The position numbers and the translations under genes are program-made. Below the pieces are notes generated by a model. That model had not been told where the DNA came from and searched no databases. It saw only the letters and a program-made list of their open reading frames with translations. A stretch of DNA of 63,317 nucleotides, counting the filler, from Guillardia theta CCMP2712 (Eukaryota > Protista > Cryptophyta), in NCBI RefSeq assembly GCF_000315625.1. It is 9 parts of 9 records of this genome, joined end to end, with 100 filler letters (N's around TTAATTAATTAA, not from the genome) between each part and the next. Parts side by side here need not be neighbours in the genome. Positions count along the whole stretch, not along the records: positions 8,286 to 24,562 come from NW_005434660.1; positions 24,663 to 31,235 come from NW_005434215.1; 7 more parts are not named here. The stretch is one strand, 5' to 3'. Positions within the stretch are counted from its first letter, which is position 1. The number at the start of each line of letters is the position of its first letter. Positions 13,173-25,460 of the stretch are shown here, piece by piece.

Positions 13173-14877
13173 CTTGTTCTGACCTGCCTCTTCCATCCAG
13201 CTTCTCGATCGTCATGCCTCCATCCGAGCAGCCAGCGCGAGGATCGTTTCGAGTTCACACGCTCGCGCGGTCACTCGGCAGTTCGAGGAGGAGACGAGAC
13301 GGGTAAGAGGAGGACAGCAAGAGCTGCCAGTGACATCCTGCAGGTCAACTTGCCGCAAGTAAAGGGAGGAGGTGGTGGCGCTGGTGGTGGGGGATGGGGA
13401 GTGCAGGTGGGCGAGCAAAGAGTTTTTTGATTTTTTTGTTTAGTTGTGATCATTGAGCAGGTTCAGCTCCCGCCCCTGCCAATAAGCTCCTACCCCCCCA
13501 TCCTCTCACAACCACAAGACGGCAGCATGCTTGAGTCAGCTGTTGAGTCCGGGCCCAACCTCGCGCCCTCTCCTACCACTCGGCTGTTCTCGCCCGCAGT
13601 CTCTTCCGATCTGCTTTCCTTCCCGTTGCTGAGTCAGCTCTGACAGGAGGAGAAGCAAGGTGAGGCTGGGCCCTCAAGCCGCGTGTCTCCTCCCTCTTCG
13701 TCTCAGCCGCTTCCTTCTTCGTACCTGCATGCCAGCAGATCTCAGGTAGGAGTATTCTACAGCTCGAGGATGAGAGTCTGAAGCTTGCTTCCTCCTGCTG
13801 CCCCTCAGATGGTTCAAACGTCTCCACGCATCCTCGCGTCCCCGCGGCTGCCGCTAGCAGGCGGCGCTGCTTCAGACTGGCTCTTCGGGTCACGGTAACG
13901 CCCAGCTGGATGGCCGAGTGGAGCTTGACGAAGAGCAGGTGGCAGTGGTCAGCTGGGGGGCAGGCTGAGGGGGTCGCTGAGCTCTGCGTCGATGGTGAGC
14001 TCAGAGAAGTTGCCGTGAAGAAGCTGAGGAGAGAAACAGGCTCGTTCAAAGCGCCTTCTGCTGGACAACATGCACACTGGTGAGATGAAGAAAGAGAGGA
14101 GAGACGAGGAGGGAAAGGAGGGGGAGGGGGAGGGGGAGGGGGAGGGGGAGGGGAATGAGGAAGAGGAGAGTGACGGGGATGGCAGTAAGGTTGATGGGTA
14201 TCTCAGGTGGCTGGATGAGCAGGGGAGGCTCAACGTGGAGTGGGGCAACCGGCTTGGGCTGCACGTACTAGTGGTAGGAGGGGAAGAAGCGACGGCAGGG
14301 AAGTGACGGGGGGCAGGTGGACAAGGGGAGGGGAAGGCTCACGGGAATGCGATCCAACGGTAAGGCGAGGAAGGGGAGAGAGCTGGGGAGCGCAGGAGGA
14401 AACGAGGAAGGAGAAGGTGATGAAGAGCTGGTGCAGGGAATGTGCCAGTGGAGGCTCAGCTGCTGAGAGATCAGAGGGAGCAGGTGTGCACTGTCTCCTC
14501 CTCCTCCTCTCACCCCTCGCAGGACCTGCCGCCTGCCTTCTTCTCGCCCAGGGTCTCGACGCTCCCGCTGATCCACGAGGACTCGCGAAGGTCGACAGCA
14601 GCTGCTCGGCATGCCGCTGACTCCCGCAGGTCGGAGGAGAGTGGGAGCCTCGAGTGGAGCTCCATGCTGAACCAGGGAGGTGAAGAGAGCGGCGATGCTG
14701 GCAGTGGCTCACCGAGACGATGAAGGAGATATGGGGGGCGAAGGGAGGAAGAGGGAGAGGAGGAGGAGGGAGAGGAGGAGGGAGAGGAGGGAGAGAAGGA
14801 GGAGGAGGAGGAGGAGGAGGAGGAGGAGGAGGAGGAGGAGGAGGATTCAAGGTGGTATAATACAATCTATCTACAAG

Positions 14878-17800
14878 CTACTCCACGTGCCCACCAGCTA
14901 TCTCAGCCTTAGCGTGACACCAGGTGCCGGAGAAGACCTGCCGGAGGATATCCCTGCTTCCTTGTCAGCACGCCGAGGAGAGCAAGTCATGCGACAGGGA
15001 GGAGGGAGGAGCAAGTGGCGATGGGAAGAGAGTAGGAGGAGGAACGGGAGGAGGAGCAGGAGGAGGAGGAGGTGGTGGAGGGAGAGGCTGCTCACCTGAT
15101 CTCTCGCTCTAGGAGCACGCAGACAGCATGGAAGAACTCTGCTTGCGTGCTGCCTACCCCCTCCCCATCCTCCAAGAGCTCGTTCACCTCCCGCGGGATC
15201 TCTAGGATGATGGCCCCATGGTCCCCCACCTGAGCATGGAAATGACCAGACGCTTTCTGCTGCACGAAGTTGGTCAGCCCGAAGCAAGCTCCGCTGTCCA
15301 GGATCTTGTAAACGTCATCCAGCCGCTTCAGCTTCACCTGCCCCGAGAACACCATGAAGATGCTCGCCGCCTTGTGCGCGAGCGCGAACTCGCTTCCTCG
15401 CTCCAGCCGGTGCACCTTGCCGTACCGGTCGAGGATGCTGGCGAAGGAGGGCTGGCGGTGAGCGGCTTCAGTGCTGCTGCCGGCCTTGTGGAGGGTGATG
15501 TTGCGCTTGAGGAGGCTGAAGACCTGGAAGGCGCGATGAGCCGAGGCCAGCGAGAGCTCGATGGTGTCGTAGAGGACGGAGGAGCCGTCGCCCTCCCTGG
15601 AGACGCGGATGATGAGGGCGGTCTGCTGGTAGCGATCCTTGAAGACGACGCTCTCCAGGCAGGAGAGGGGGATGAGGCGCGACTGAGAGTCGATGACGGG
15701 CCCGTAGATGAGCGGGTCGAGGATCACGAACTTGGTGAAGAAAATGATCCTCATCTTCACCTCCCTGCGGACCGTCGGCTGCCTCAACTTGCACTTGAAC
15801 GTCTTGAGCAGCCGCTCTGTCAGCGGCAACCCGAACATCCTGATGCAGTGCGCCCGTAGCCGCTCCTTTGCGTCCTGCTCGGGGAGGACGGAGCGATCGT
15901 TGAGAGCCTTGAGGGAGGCCATGCGGATCATGTCCATCTGGATGCGGTCGAGGCGCATGGCGAGGAGGATGCTGAGGGACTTGTAGAAGGAGCTCGTCTC
16001 TCCTGCTGTCCGCAGCCCCTCGATCGAGATCTTCTCGATGTCTGCCATCCCCTCCCCGCACCTCATCTTGTTCATCCTCAGCAGCTCGCGGTCTCTCGCC
16101 TGGTCGCTCATGCTCCCCTCCTGCACCTCCTGTGGCGTCATCAGCATGCGGATCGAAAACTTTTTGTTCCTCAAGGGCGATGAGATCTTGTACATCTCTT
16201 CCTCCTCCACCACACTCATGTCTCCTTTCTTGATGATCTTGGATGCTTGTTGGATCTGAAACATCCACTTCTCACGCTCCTGCTCGCTCGATGCGCTGCA
16301 GTAGAAAATACGATTCTGCATGACATCTTGGATCGCAAACGCCCACACACACGAGTTGTCCGTGTGCTCCGACACTTTGCAGTCGCGCAGGTTCACGATG
16401 CCCTTGGCGCCCTGGTTGCTCTTGAACGCTTCCTCGCTCGAGTAATACTCCAGCTTCTGCCCCTTTAGCACGAAGTAGCGATCCTTCCAGGCTACGTTGT
16501 ACCATCCCCGCTTCTTGAGCACGCCTCTGCGAGGGATGTCAGAACCTTCATAAGTGATTTCTCGCCTCCCCGCAACAGAGGGAGAAGATGAGAGGGCAGG
16601 AGGAGAGACGGCAGGAGGATCGACTTACTGTAGGACAGAGCGGCAAAAGGAGAGCTGGACCATGCTTGTAGTCTGTCCTTCCTCCTGGTATGCGCGCAAG
16701 GCACATCCTCGCTTGACGAGGCAGACGACCCGCGTGTTGTCCTCGCGAGCTCGCAGGCTCATGAAGTTCCCGTCATAGAGAAAGTCTGACCCGGGCACGA
16801 AGGAGCCGGAGCCGAAGATGCAGAGGATGGGGACGCGGAGGTTCTGCCGGTTGTTCTCGTCGGGGATGCTGTTGCCGAGGCTGTGAAAGTGCGCCATCCC
16901 GCTGCTGTCGTCCTGCACGATGCCCTCGACGGCCCCCTGCTGGATGAAGTAGACATAGTCGTCTCGGAACGACTCCTTGGTCAGGAACTCTCCCTTGCGC
17001 AGGTTCAAGGTGATGGCGAACTCGTTATGCACGAACATGAGCTGGAACGACTTGATCTGCGCCTCGATCAGCCGGTCGCTCGCCTCCCCTTCAAAGCAGA
17101 GGTGCTTCATCTCCGGCTTCAGGTGGACTTTCATGTGGAACGTCGGGTCTACCAGCTGGTTGGAGCTGTCCTTGTGCAGCATGTCCACGTTGCGCTTGCG
17201 GAAGATGATGACGTTGCTGCCCTCGTAGAAGGACGTGTGGAACATGACGAAGAAAGCAAGCTTCCGTTTCGCATTCATCCCGAGGGTCTGGAGCAAGTTT
17301 ACAGGTCAACCTTGGAAAGGGAGAACAAGACAAGGGGAGGCGGGGAAGAAAAACTGACCGGGTGAATGTAAAAGTCTATCCTGACGTCTGTCCAGATCAA
17401 GATCTGAGTGTTGAGCTCAATGTTGACCCCATAGCGCTCTGATTTGGTCTTGACAATCTCTTGCGGAGGCCCGAAGTCAAGAGAGTCGTGCACGACCGTC
17501 CTTTGACACCTCACGACGAAGCTGCAAGTGCTAGAGTGAGCAGGCAGCCTAGAGGACAGAGAGAGAAGAGAAGGAGAGCGAAAAGAAGGATTATGAAGAA
17601 GGGAGTGAGGAAGGTGAGAGGAGGAGAGGGAGGCAAGGCAAGGGAGTTCAAGCAGAGCAAGCGAGGGGCAGGCCCTTCACCTCATGCGCAAAGACTTGTA
17701 CTTCTCCATGAAGCGATTGCAGTGCAAGGTGAGTTTCTCCATGAACCGATACTTGACACTCCAAGGGTCTACCCCGCTGTACAGCACGGCCTCGAGGTAG

Positions 17801-20620
17801 TAGACGTACCGGAGCTGGCTCGGGCCCTGCACCCCCTGATTGTGCTTCACGTTCCTCCTCCCCACCCCGTCCTCCATGTCCTCGTCTAGCCCGTCCTCGG
17901 GGTTGTAGTCCTGCGTCCTCCGGTACGTGAAGAGCTCTAGCGCGTCCAGCGCGCATCTTCGATGCCCAGTCCAAAGGAGGAGGGCGGCGATCATAACGCC
18001 CGTCCTCCCCTTCCCTCCCTTGCAGTGCACTGCTATCGTGTTCTGCCGGTCCCTCGCCATCCACGCGCAAGACTCCTGGCACATGAAGACGAGCTCCGAC
18101 AGGAGGGGAGGCGCGTGATCTTCGAACGGGATCCTCTGCACTTGGTTGAAGAGCAGCTGCGGGTGATAGTTCCCCATGACGCCGTCGGATGAGTTGTAGG
18201 TGTCGCAGAGGTTGAAGATGAAGAACTTCCCGTAGTGCCGCTGAGAAAGGAAGCGCGAGACGATGTGAATGTCGTTACGGAAGGCCGTGTGACCACCAAA
18301 TGCAGGAGCTGACATGGCGATGATCCTATCTGTGATGTACGTGAGGTCCAGGTTGTAGCCATGCCTCTTGTATCTTCTCTTGTTCTTCCAAAACTTGTCA
18401 GATGACAGGCACATCATTCATCGTCCTTACCTGAGAAACTGCCTTCCTCAGCTTCTGGTTGACTGCTCCGCTCAGCATTCTCGCCCGCCTCACCGTCACA
18501 AGGACGCGCACAAATCGCATGACCATCGCAATCCTGGAGAACACTCGCAAGCTCGTCGCAGTGTTCTTCGTAGACTGAAGGCTGCTGGCTACTCCGCTTT
18601 GAGACTCGAAGATGTACTTGGTGACCTGCGAGGCAACAAGTATCAGACATATCATCATCAAGTATCAGACATATCATCATCAAGTATTAGACATATCATC
18701 ATCAAGTATCAGACATATCATCATCAAGTATCAGACATATCATCATCAAGTATCAGACATATCATCATCAAGTATTAGACATATCATCATCAAGTATCAG
18801 ACATATCATCATCAAGTATCAGACATATCATCATCAAGTATTAGACATATCATCATCAAGTATCAGACATATCATCATCAAGGCTCGGGCCTCACCAGGA
18901 CCCCCGTGCTCAACCAGATGACCACGAAGTCAAAGATGTTCCACATGTTGGACCAGAAACGCATGCGCTGGGCGATCTGCCGCAGTGAGAGCTCGAGAAG
19001 AAAGAGAGACATCACGGTGAAGTTGATCGCAGTCTGCCAAGGCTGCTCAGAGTCCGACGAGTAATAGAAGGTGTAGATCATGATGTTTGAGAGGTCCACC
19101 ATGACGAGCACCAACACCATGATGTTCACCCACATAGACTCCATCGCCTTCTCCAGCCTCTCTCGCCAGTAGAACTCCGACGGCTCTTCCCCGTAGTCAA
19201 TGTCTTTCTCTTCGGCCTCTGCAAACAGGTCCTCGATCTCGGGCATCTGCAGCTCCGGTGTCCAGGAGGGGAACTTTGAGATCGACTGAGATTCCTTCCT
19301 CGCAGTTTCCAGCGGGAGATCCTGATTCTGGTACGACATGGACCCTGCTAACGAGTGGCTGCTCTTGTGGAAGAAGTAGCCCGCCGCGATCGTCGAGGTC
19401 CGCTGCAGCATCGAATCGCTCATGTCGCGGCTTTCAGGCCGAAACTCACAGAGAGAAAGAGACTTGGACAAGGAAGGAGGAGACCAGGTTCTATTTATCG
19501 GCTGCATCTGCAGCTCAACATCTACCTCACATGGCAACCCGTCATGCCCCATGACCGGATCCCCAGACAAGGTGCTGAGAACAAACGTGAAAAGCTTCGG
19601 CACGTTCTCGAGGGAGCAGAGGACAATCAAGTCCACAGAGACCTTCCCCACATAATCGTTGGCACTTAACAGGTCCCAGTCGAAACATTCGATCACCAGT
19701 GCGATGCCACACGACGCTCCCTCATTCACTTGCAAACTCTTGGCAAATTCTAACTGCATCTCGTGTACGAAGAACTCGAAGCTTTCATGGTACGCGTGCT
19801 CGTAGACATTCTTTGCAACATGTGTGGACGTCTTCTGCTGATCGAAGGAGAGCACGAGGAAAGGATCGCATCTGGCATTAGCGTCCATCTGTGGAAGATG
19901 TCGCACAGCGAGCTTCCGGGCATGCAGCATCATGTGCGAGGGTGGTGGGCCTGCTCTCTGGTCCGGAACGAGGCCATCTTCAAGGATGTCATGCTGTTCA
20001 ATGTAACGAGCCTCAGTGAAAGGATAGATGAAATCCCCTGCCGACAAAGTTTCCGTGCCCTGAAGTTTCCTCTTCTGCTTTCTCTCTACTGCTTCCGTGG
20101 TGTCATCGGAATCTTGTACCGCAGCCCGAGAAGGAGCTGGAGTAGCGGATAGAGAGCTCATGTAGTCAAAAACAATGTCTCCACGTATGTTTCCTTCAGC
20201 CATCACTGAACGCTCTGATTCTGCCCCATCAACCACAATATTCAACAGCCTTTCCTCGGAAAAAATGTGCCTCGAATGCAGGCAATCGCTGTCAACATGC
20301 AAGGGATCAGCATGGGGGTCAGCACCATTGGATGAGGGGCACTTTGCTTCTTTCTCCTGTACAGTGCCTGAGGGCTCAAGAAGTTCAGCCTCTGATAGCT
20401 CGCCGTTGATATGACTGTTGGTCCCTTGCTGTGAATCTGCCAGCCACCACAATGCGCCCGTTTCAACTTGGGCTGGTTGCGTTGCTAGTGGCAGCTGGAT
20501 GACAGTTGTAGTTGTCGAGTTGACAGACTCGTTTCCGCGTCCTAGTCCTTCAGATTCGCCCTCCGTGCTGCGAGATTCATACTTTGGAACCGGGAATTGA
20601 TCACGAACTTTTGACAATCG
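14878..20620 (-). CDS. Multidomain voltage-sensing phosphoinositide phosphatase (VSP/TPTE-like): C2 - VSD - PTEN-type phosphatase - PTEN C2 - CNB-like - PH - GRAM-like - CNB-like
   Basis: In-frame exons: 20620-18896, 18625-18431, 18384-17681, 17521-17359, 17287-16629, 16526-15096, ~14953-14878. Motifs: S2 FLLELSLR, S3 WNIFDFVVIW, Arg-rich S4, linker SQ|NKRRYKRHGYNLDLTYITDRIIAMS, PFEDH, HCKGGKGRTG, PSQLRYVYY, PH WKDRYFVL...EREKW. True start and last exon are uncertain. Confidence 0.9.
18638..18882. repeat. 22-bp minisatellite (TATCAGACATATCATCATCAAG) x~11 filling a VSP intron
   Basis: Direct reading. Lies inside intron 18626-18895, between the S3 and S4 exons. Confidence 0.95.
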
Positions 20621-20789
20621 CTGGGGCGAGATGGAGGGGAGTGGCACAGGCGCTCTGTTGGGATGGGTGTGAGAGCTATGGGTGGGGATGATGACTGTCA
20701 TTCTCTCTCTCACTCTCTCTCGTCCTCCTTCCTCTCCCTCCTCCTCTTCTGCCTCCCTGCCCTCCCTTCCCCTCATGCCCTGAACACCT

Positions 20790-23000
20790 CTAACAAACAA
20801 TTTACCCACCCTCTCTCGACCACCCCTCTCGACCACCCCTCTCGACCACCCTACCTCCATACGCCCCCTACCACCTACGGTTACCACTTGTCCTTTTCCT
20901 ATCCCACCCCCCCATACAGCCACATCTCACGATTGTTATGACCCCCCTTCCTACCCACCCCGAGATCCGTTTGATAACAGTACCCCTTCGAAGAAGTCAG
21001 CACCCGTTGAAAATATCAACAATATAAACCACACCTGTGTCCAGGTACCCCTACCCTCAATTTGACTAGCATTATCATCTCTACCCCCACACCCTACCCC
21101 CCTATTCCCCAGTCTTTCTCGGTCAGAGCCTAGGAATGCCTTGCGTGAATCCACTCCCCTACTTCTTGTCTCCGTACCCTACTGAGAAATCCAGGACCCC
21201 TCATTCTCAGACATAGCACCCTCGTTTCAATTCTTGTACCCTCATTTACACACCCACCAGGGAAAATGTATCATACACACGTGGTTCAGTACCCCTCCCC
21301 ATAGCTTGAAAAACGGGGTATTCAATTTCCTATTCATGTACCCCTCCCACCAATTGAAAGTACCCCACCATACCAATATCGTTCTTTTCCAACCACCGAC
21401 CATAGTAGACGACATACCCACGCCATTGGGGCATCCTCCCCTCAATATTCTTTTCTACCCACATGTTTCCCATGTGATCACCCACCCTCTAGCAATTTCG
21501 GTACCATTCGGGTCTCCGGAGCTGATTTGTAAAACCACCTCGTCTACCCCACTTACACTCAGCCTGTACCCCACCCACCCTCTTTCGATGAATCTTGATT
21601 GGTCTACCCTACCCCTAGACTCCATGACTCTTCCCCCATGGCTGGTAGAAAACCACCCACCCCGTGGTCTTCGGAGTTAAAACACTCGGTAACTTTCATC
21701 TCCATACCACCATATCAACACTACTACTGTACCCCCCCACCCCCCACTTCGACCTCGAATCGATTGAAACCCCACATGCCGAGGTATACCCACCCCAGGA
21801 GGACCTCAGCGTTAATAACCCCCCGGTACATTTGAGGATAAATTGTCGGACATTAACATTTGAGTACCGGTACCATTCCATACCAAGTTTTCACTACCCC
21901 TAGGAGGGCCATCAAACCCCTCTATCTCCCACCCCTACCTACCTTTCAAGGCCTCTTCATCCGACTCTTCCCGGCATTATACACAAAAAATGGTTTCACA
22001 CATTTTATCTGGCCCACCCCTACCCTCTACGGTTCAGACCGTATTACCATATGGGAGATCACCCGTCATTTACACCCAGGACCCTACCCCACCATACCTG
22101 GATGACCTTTCGAGTAAAGCAATCATCAGAGACCCGACTACTACATCGAATCCACTTTTGACCACCTCTATCAAAATACCCCACTCCTAGTCCTTTACCC
22201 TACCCAGAATCCATGAGGAGATTTTACTTGAACTAACCGGTACTGAATAACCCCTACCCCTAATCAACAATAATTATGTAACCCCCACCCCTAAATATGC
22301 CCTCGTGAGTTAAACTTTCTACCACCCCACCCCCTCGCTCGCCCTCACTGATTTTTAACTTCTCAGTGATGGCAGTTATTTAGTAACGGCTACAGTCGGG
22401 TTACCGTGCCACCGTGAACTTCGGAACCGGGCGGGCCGGGCCGCTCAGCCGCAGCCGCAGCGGTCAGTGACGGTGGGCCGCGACCACCACCGGCCCGGCC
22501 CGGCATGATCATCGGACCGTCACTGGCACGTACGCGTGAACTACGCCGCGGCGCCGGCCCCGCCGGGGCCTCAGTGAGACCGCCGTCCTGAGTCCGCATT
22601 CACCGTGTCGGAGCCCGGCCTGGGCCTCGCCTGCCAGCCTAGTACGGTGCGGTACAGGCACTCCGCCGATCGCCGCACCGTGCGGCGGCCGCGGGCGTTT
22701 CAAGTACTCGACCGTCTCACTGTGACTGGCTCGGAGAGTGGCAGGAAATCCGAGTGAGCTGAGTCCGCCAGTCATGCAAGCAAGTTGGCCCGGCGCCGGG
22801 GACCGTGCGTGTGACCGTCGGGCCCGTCCAGGCTCCAGGCTCGGTCCGTCACAGAGACCGCCGCGCCGTCACGAGTCACTCCGAGTCAGTCGGGCCGCGC
22901 GGGGCCCGGCGGCCGCCCGGCCCGGCGGCCGCAGCCAGCGCAGTGCTGCCGCGTGCCCGGCGTGGCAGTACTCGACTCCGGCGACGATGGCATGGCGGAC
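20790..23000. other. ACCC-rich non-coding tract (20790-22340) adjoining a GC-rich palindrome island (22400-23000), upstream of the VSP gene
   Basis: TACCC/CACCC words throughout the tract, then a CCGG/GGCC/TCAGTGA/GAGTCA-rich block. Confidence 0.6.
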
Positions 23001-23233
23001 TCAGAAGCACTGCGGCATGGGGCTGCTTCAAGGCTTCAAGGCTTCAGGGCTTCAGGGCTTCCGAAGTTCAAGGCTTCAGGGCTTCAAGCCAGAGTCTGAC
23101 AAGGGAGCACGAACACAGCGGCGTCGCTTTTGGACGGGACTCCCTCCTGTCTCCGATCTCCCGTATCCGCAAGGCTGACTCAAGTGATCCGATCGGAAGC
23201 GCCTTATCGTGCTGGAGCCTTGGGTCGGCATCT

Positions 23234-24420
23234 TCAAGCTTTGCACGTGTAGAGAAACCATCTGTTGTCCTCATCATACGTCTCACAGCTCACTTCCCTC
23301 CATAGCTGCTCGCCCTCTGCTGATGCTTGTCGCAGGAACGGCATCCGGTAAGTCGGCTCCTCATAGGAGACCACCAGGTATACCCCGTCGCTCTTGAGTC
23401 TGCGAGAGCATCAGTGCCGTGAATGAGCAATCCCATGCGCTCTGACATTCTGCGCAGCTCCACCAAGACCTTCCTTCCTTTCTCCTCTGCTTCTCTCGCC
23501 GCTCTCTTCAGGAAGGGATCTTGTGCCTCCTGCAATCCTCCGGCTCATGAGAACAGATCCGCCCCGGTGGATCGCCAACCTTCTTGCCACTTCGCTTCCA
23601 CAGCTCTCGCCGATCATGGACGGCCAGGACGGAGTCGAGGAGCCCCTTGTCGACGACCTGGCGCGTGTGAGAGGAGCGGGTGAACAGGAGAGGCGAGCGG
23701 ACAAGAGCGATGGAGGCGTCGGAGAACGCGAGGGCTGCTGCGTCCATGTGGAAGAGGTGCAGAGTTTGCTCCTTCGCGCCTGCGCATTGCTCCCGCTCAG
23801 CCTGCAGGGTCCCGTCACCCCCCTCACCCCCAGCAAGACGAGAAAGGTGAATTGCAGCAGCGTCTGCACTCAGTCGAGGGGGGCAGAAGAAGGAGCATGT
23901 CAACTCTTACCTGGAGCTTCTTGATGACGACTGGGCTGAAGTCGATGCCGATCACTCGCGTGTATCCCTCTACAGCCTTGATCACGTCCTCACTCTACAG
24001 CCACCCACCCACCCACCCTCCCTCTTTCCCTCCCCCTACAGCCACACTCCCTCCCCTCGCTCGCTGCCTTCACCCGCCTTCACCGTCGCAGAGGTCCCAG
24101 ATGAGACGAGAGCTGCCGCATCCAACATCGAGGATTCTGTCGGAGGAGCCAACGCCAGTTCGCTGCTTCCGAATGAGCAGAGGATGAATGAGCAGAGGAT
24201 GAATGAGCAGAGGATGAATGAGCAGAGGATGAATGAGCAGAGGATGAATGAGCAGAGGATGAATGAGCAGAGGATGAATGAGCAGAGGATGTGAGCAGTG
24301 GATCTCACCTTGATGGCTTCAATCATCACATCCTGCCCTTTGCTTGGAAACCACTCGAAGTGACTCACTTGTGAGCTGCCTGATGCTTTTGCATCTACCA
24401 CTATGGTCAGCTTAATATCA
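23234..24420 (-). CDS. Class I SAM-dependent methyltransferase, EEF1AKMT4/METTL13-N-like (5' end probably in the gap)
   Basis: Spliced motifs FEWF, GYTRVIGIDFSPVVI, MDAAALAFSDAS, VVDKGLLDS, LKSDGVYLVVSY...FLYTCKA*. Confidence 0.8.
24171..24291. repeat. 15-bp intronic minisatellite (GAATGAGCAGAGGAT) x8
   Basis: Direct reading. Lies near the donor of a methyltransferase intron. Confidence 0.93.
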
Positions 24421-24453
24421 CAGTACAAACAATTGCTCCTCTACTTCCATTGC

Positions 24454-24517
<64 letters not shown>

Positions 24518-24662
24518 GCCATCATCATCATCGCCATCATCATCATCGCCATCATCATCATCNNNNNNNNNNNNNNNNNNNNNNNNNNNNNNNNNNNNNN
24601 NNNNNNTTAATTAATTAANNNNNNNNNNNNNNNNNNNNNNNNNNNNNNNNNNNNNNNNNNNN

Positions 24663-25460
24663 AATCTCCCTATTTTCACCTCAAGAGTACCAGAGCTGGA
24701 GGGGTGGTAGCAAAGTGGATGGGGTTTTGACTGGATACAGGGTAGGTAGGGTAGCATTACGAGAGATAGCTTGGGTGGTAGGGTCCTGCCCCCGAAGGGG
24801 GCAGGAAAAGATCTCTAGGAGCAAACATGGTCATGTAGTAAACTTGGTACTTCCGACAATCGTAGGGGCAAGAAGGAGGGTGGGTAATGAGATTGAAGAG
24901 GAAGCTTTCATAGCGACCAATGCATACGATTGGGCTCATAGCAAATTTGACAGTAGGTGAGTGCTTGCGATGGTGTCTTGAACTTTGCCTGAAGCTGATT
25001 GTTATTCCACAGAGGGTCCTTAAATCGAGTTTGGGGGGTCGTAGCTACGGTATCTTGAGGTTATGACCATCTGAGTTATATATAAGCTCAATCAGCAAAT
25101 TGAAAACAGATCTTTTGAGATAAATGCAAGGGAAAGGGCAAGTTTATCGGGAAAAAAAAACGCCAGAGTGAGCTGCAACTTGCAAAGCCTTTTCGACTCT
25201 GGCTCCATCCGGCCGCCCGGCCGCGCCCGGAGCCGTCACCGCCCGGCCCGGCCGGCTCCGGGGCCCGGTGATGACGGTGCCATCCGGTACCGAGGGCGGT
25301 GACTCAGTCACTCGGAGAGTCGGCCCCGGTGACCGTCTGAGCCGGGCTGAGCTTTCACAGCAATGAGGCTTCCTCGGAAAACAGCAAGTTCACTTCGACG
25401 GAGAGTTGGAGGCCCTGGGTCCGATCCGACCATCGAGGGTTGGTCTGGGCCGCGCTGCAG
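24663..25460. other. GGGT-rich tract followed by a GC-rich palindrome island
   Basis: Same word composition as the blocks at 5.4-6.4 kb and 20.8-23 kb. Confidence 0.5.

Noticed and set aside
11250-14730. Many short overlapping ORFs
   Set aside because: Probably contains spliced genes, but I could not support a strand, frame or domain.
20621-20923. N-terminal 100 aa of the 681-aa ORF
   Set aside because: Low-complexity purine-rich sequence ending in a plausible acceptor (CCCCAG). Likely intron or UTR.
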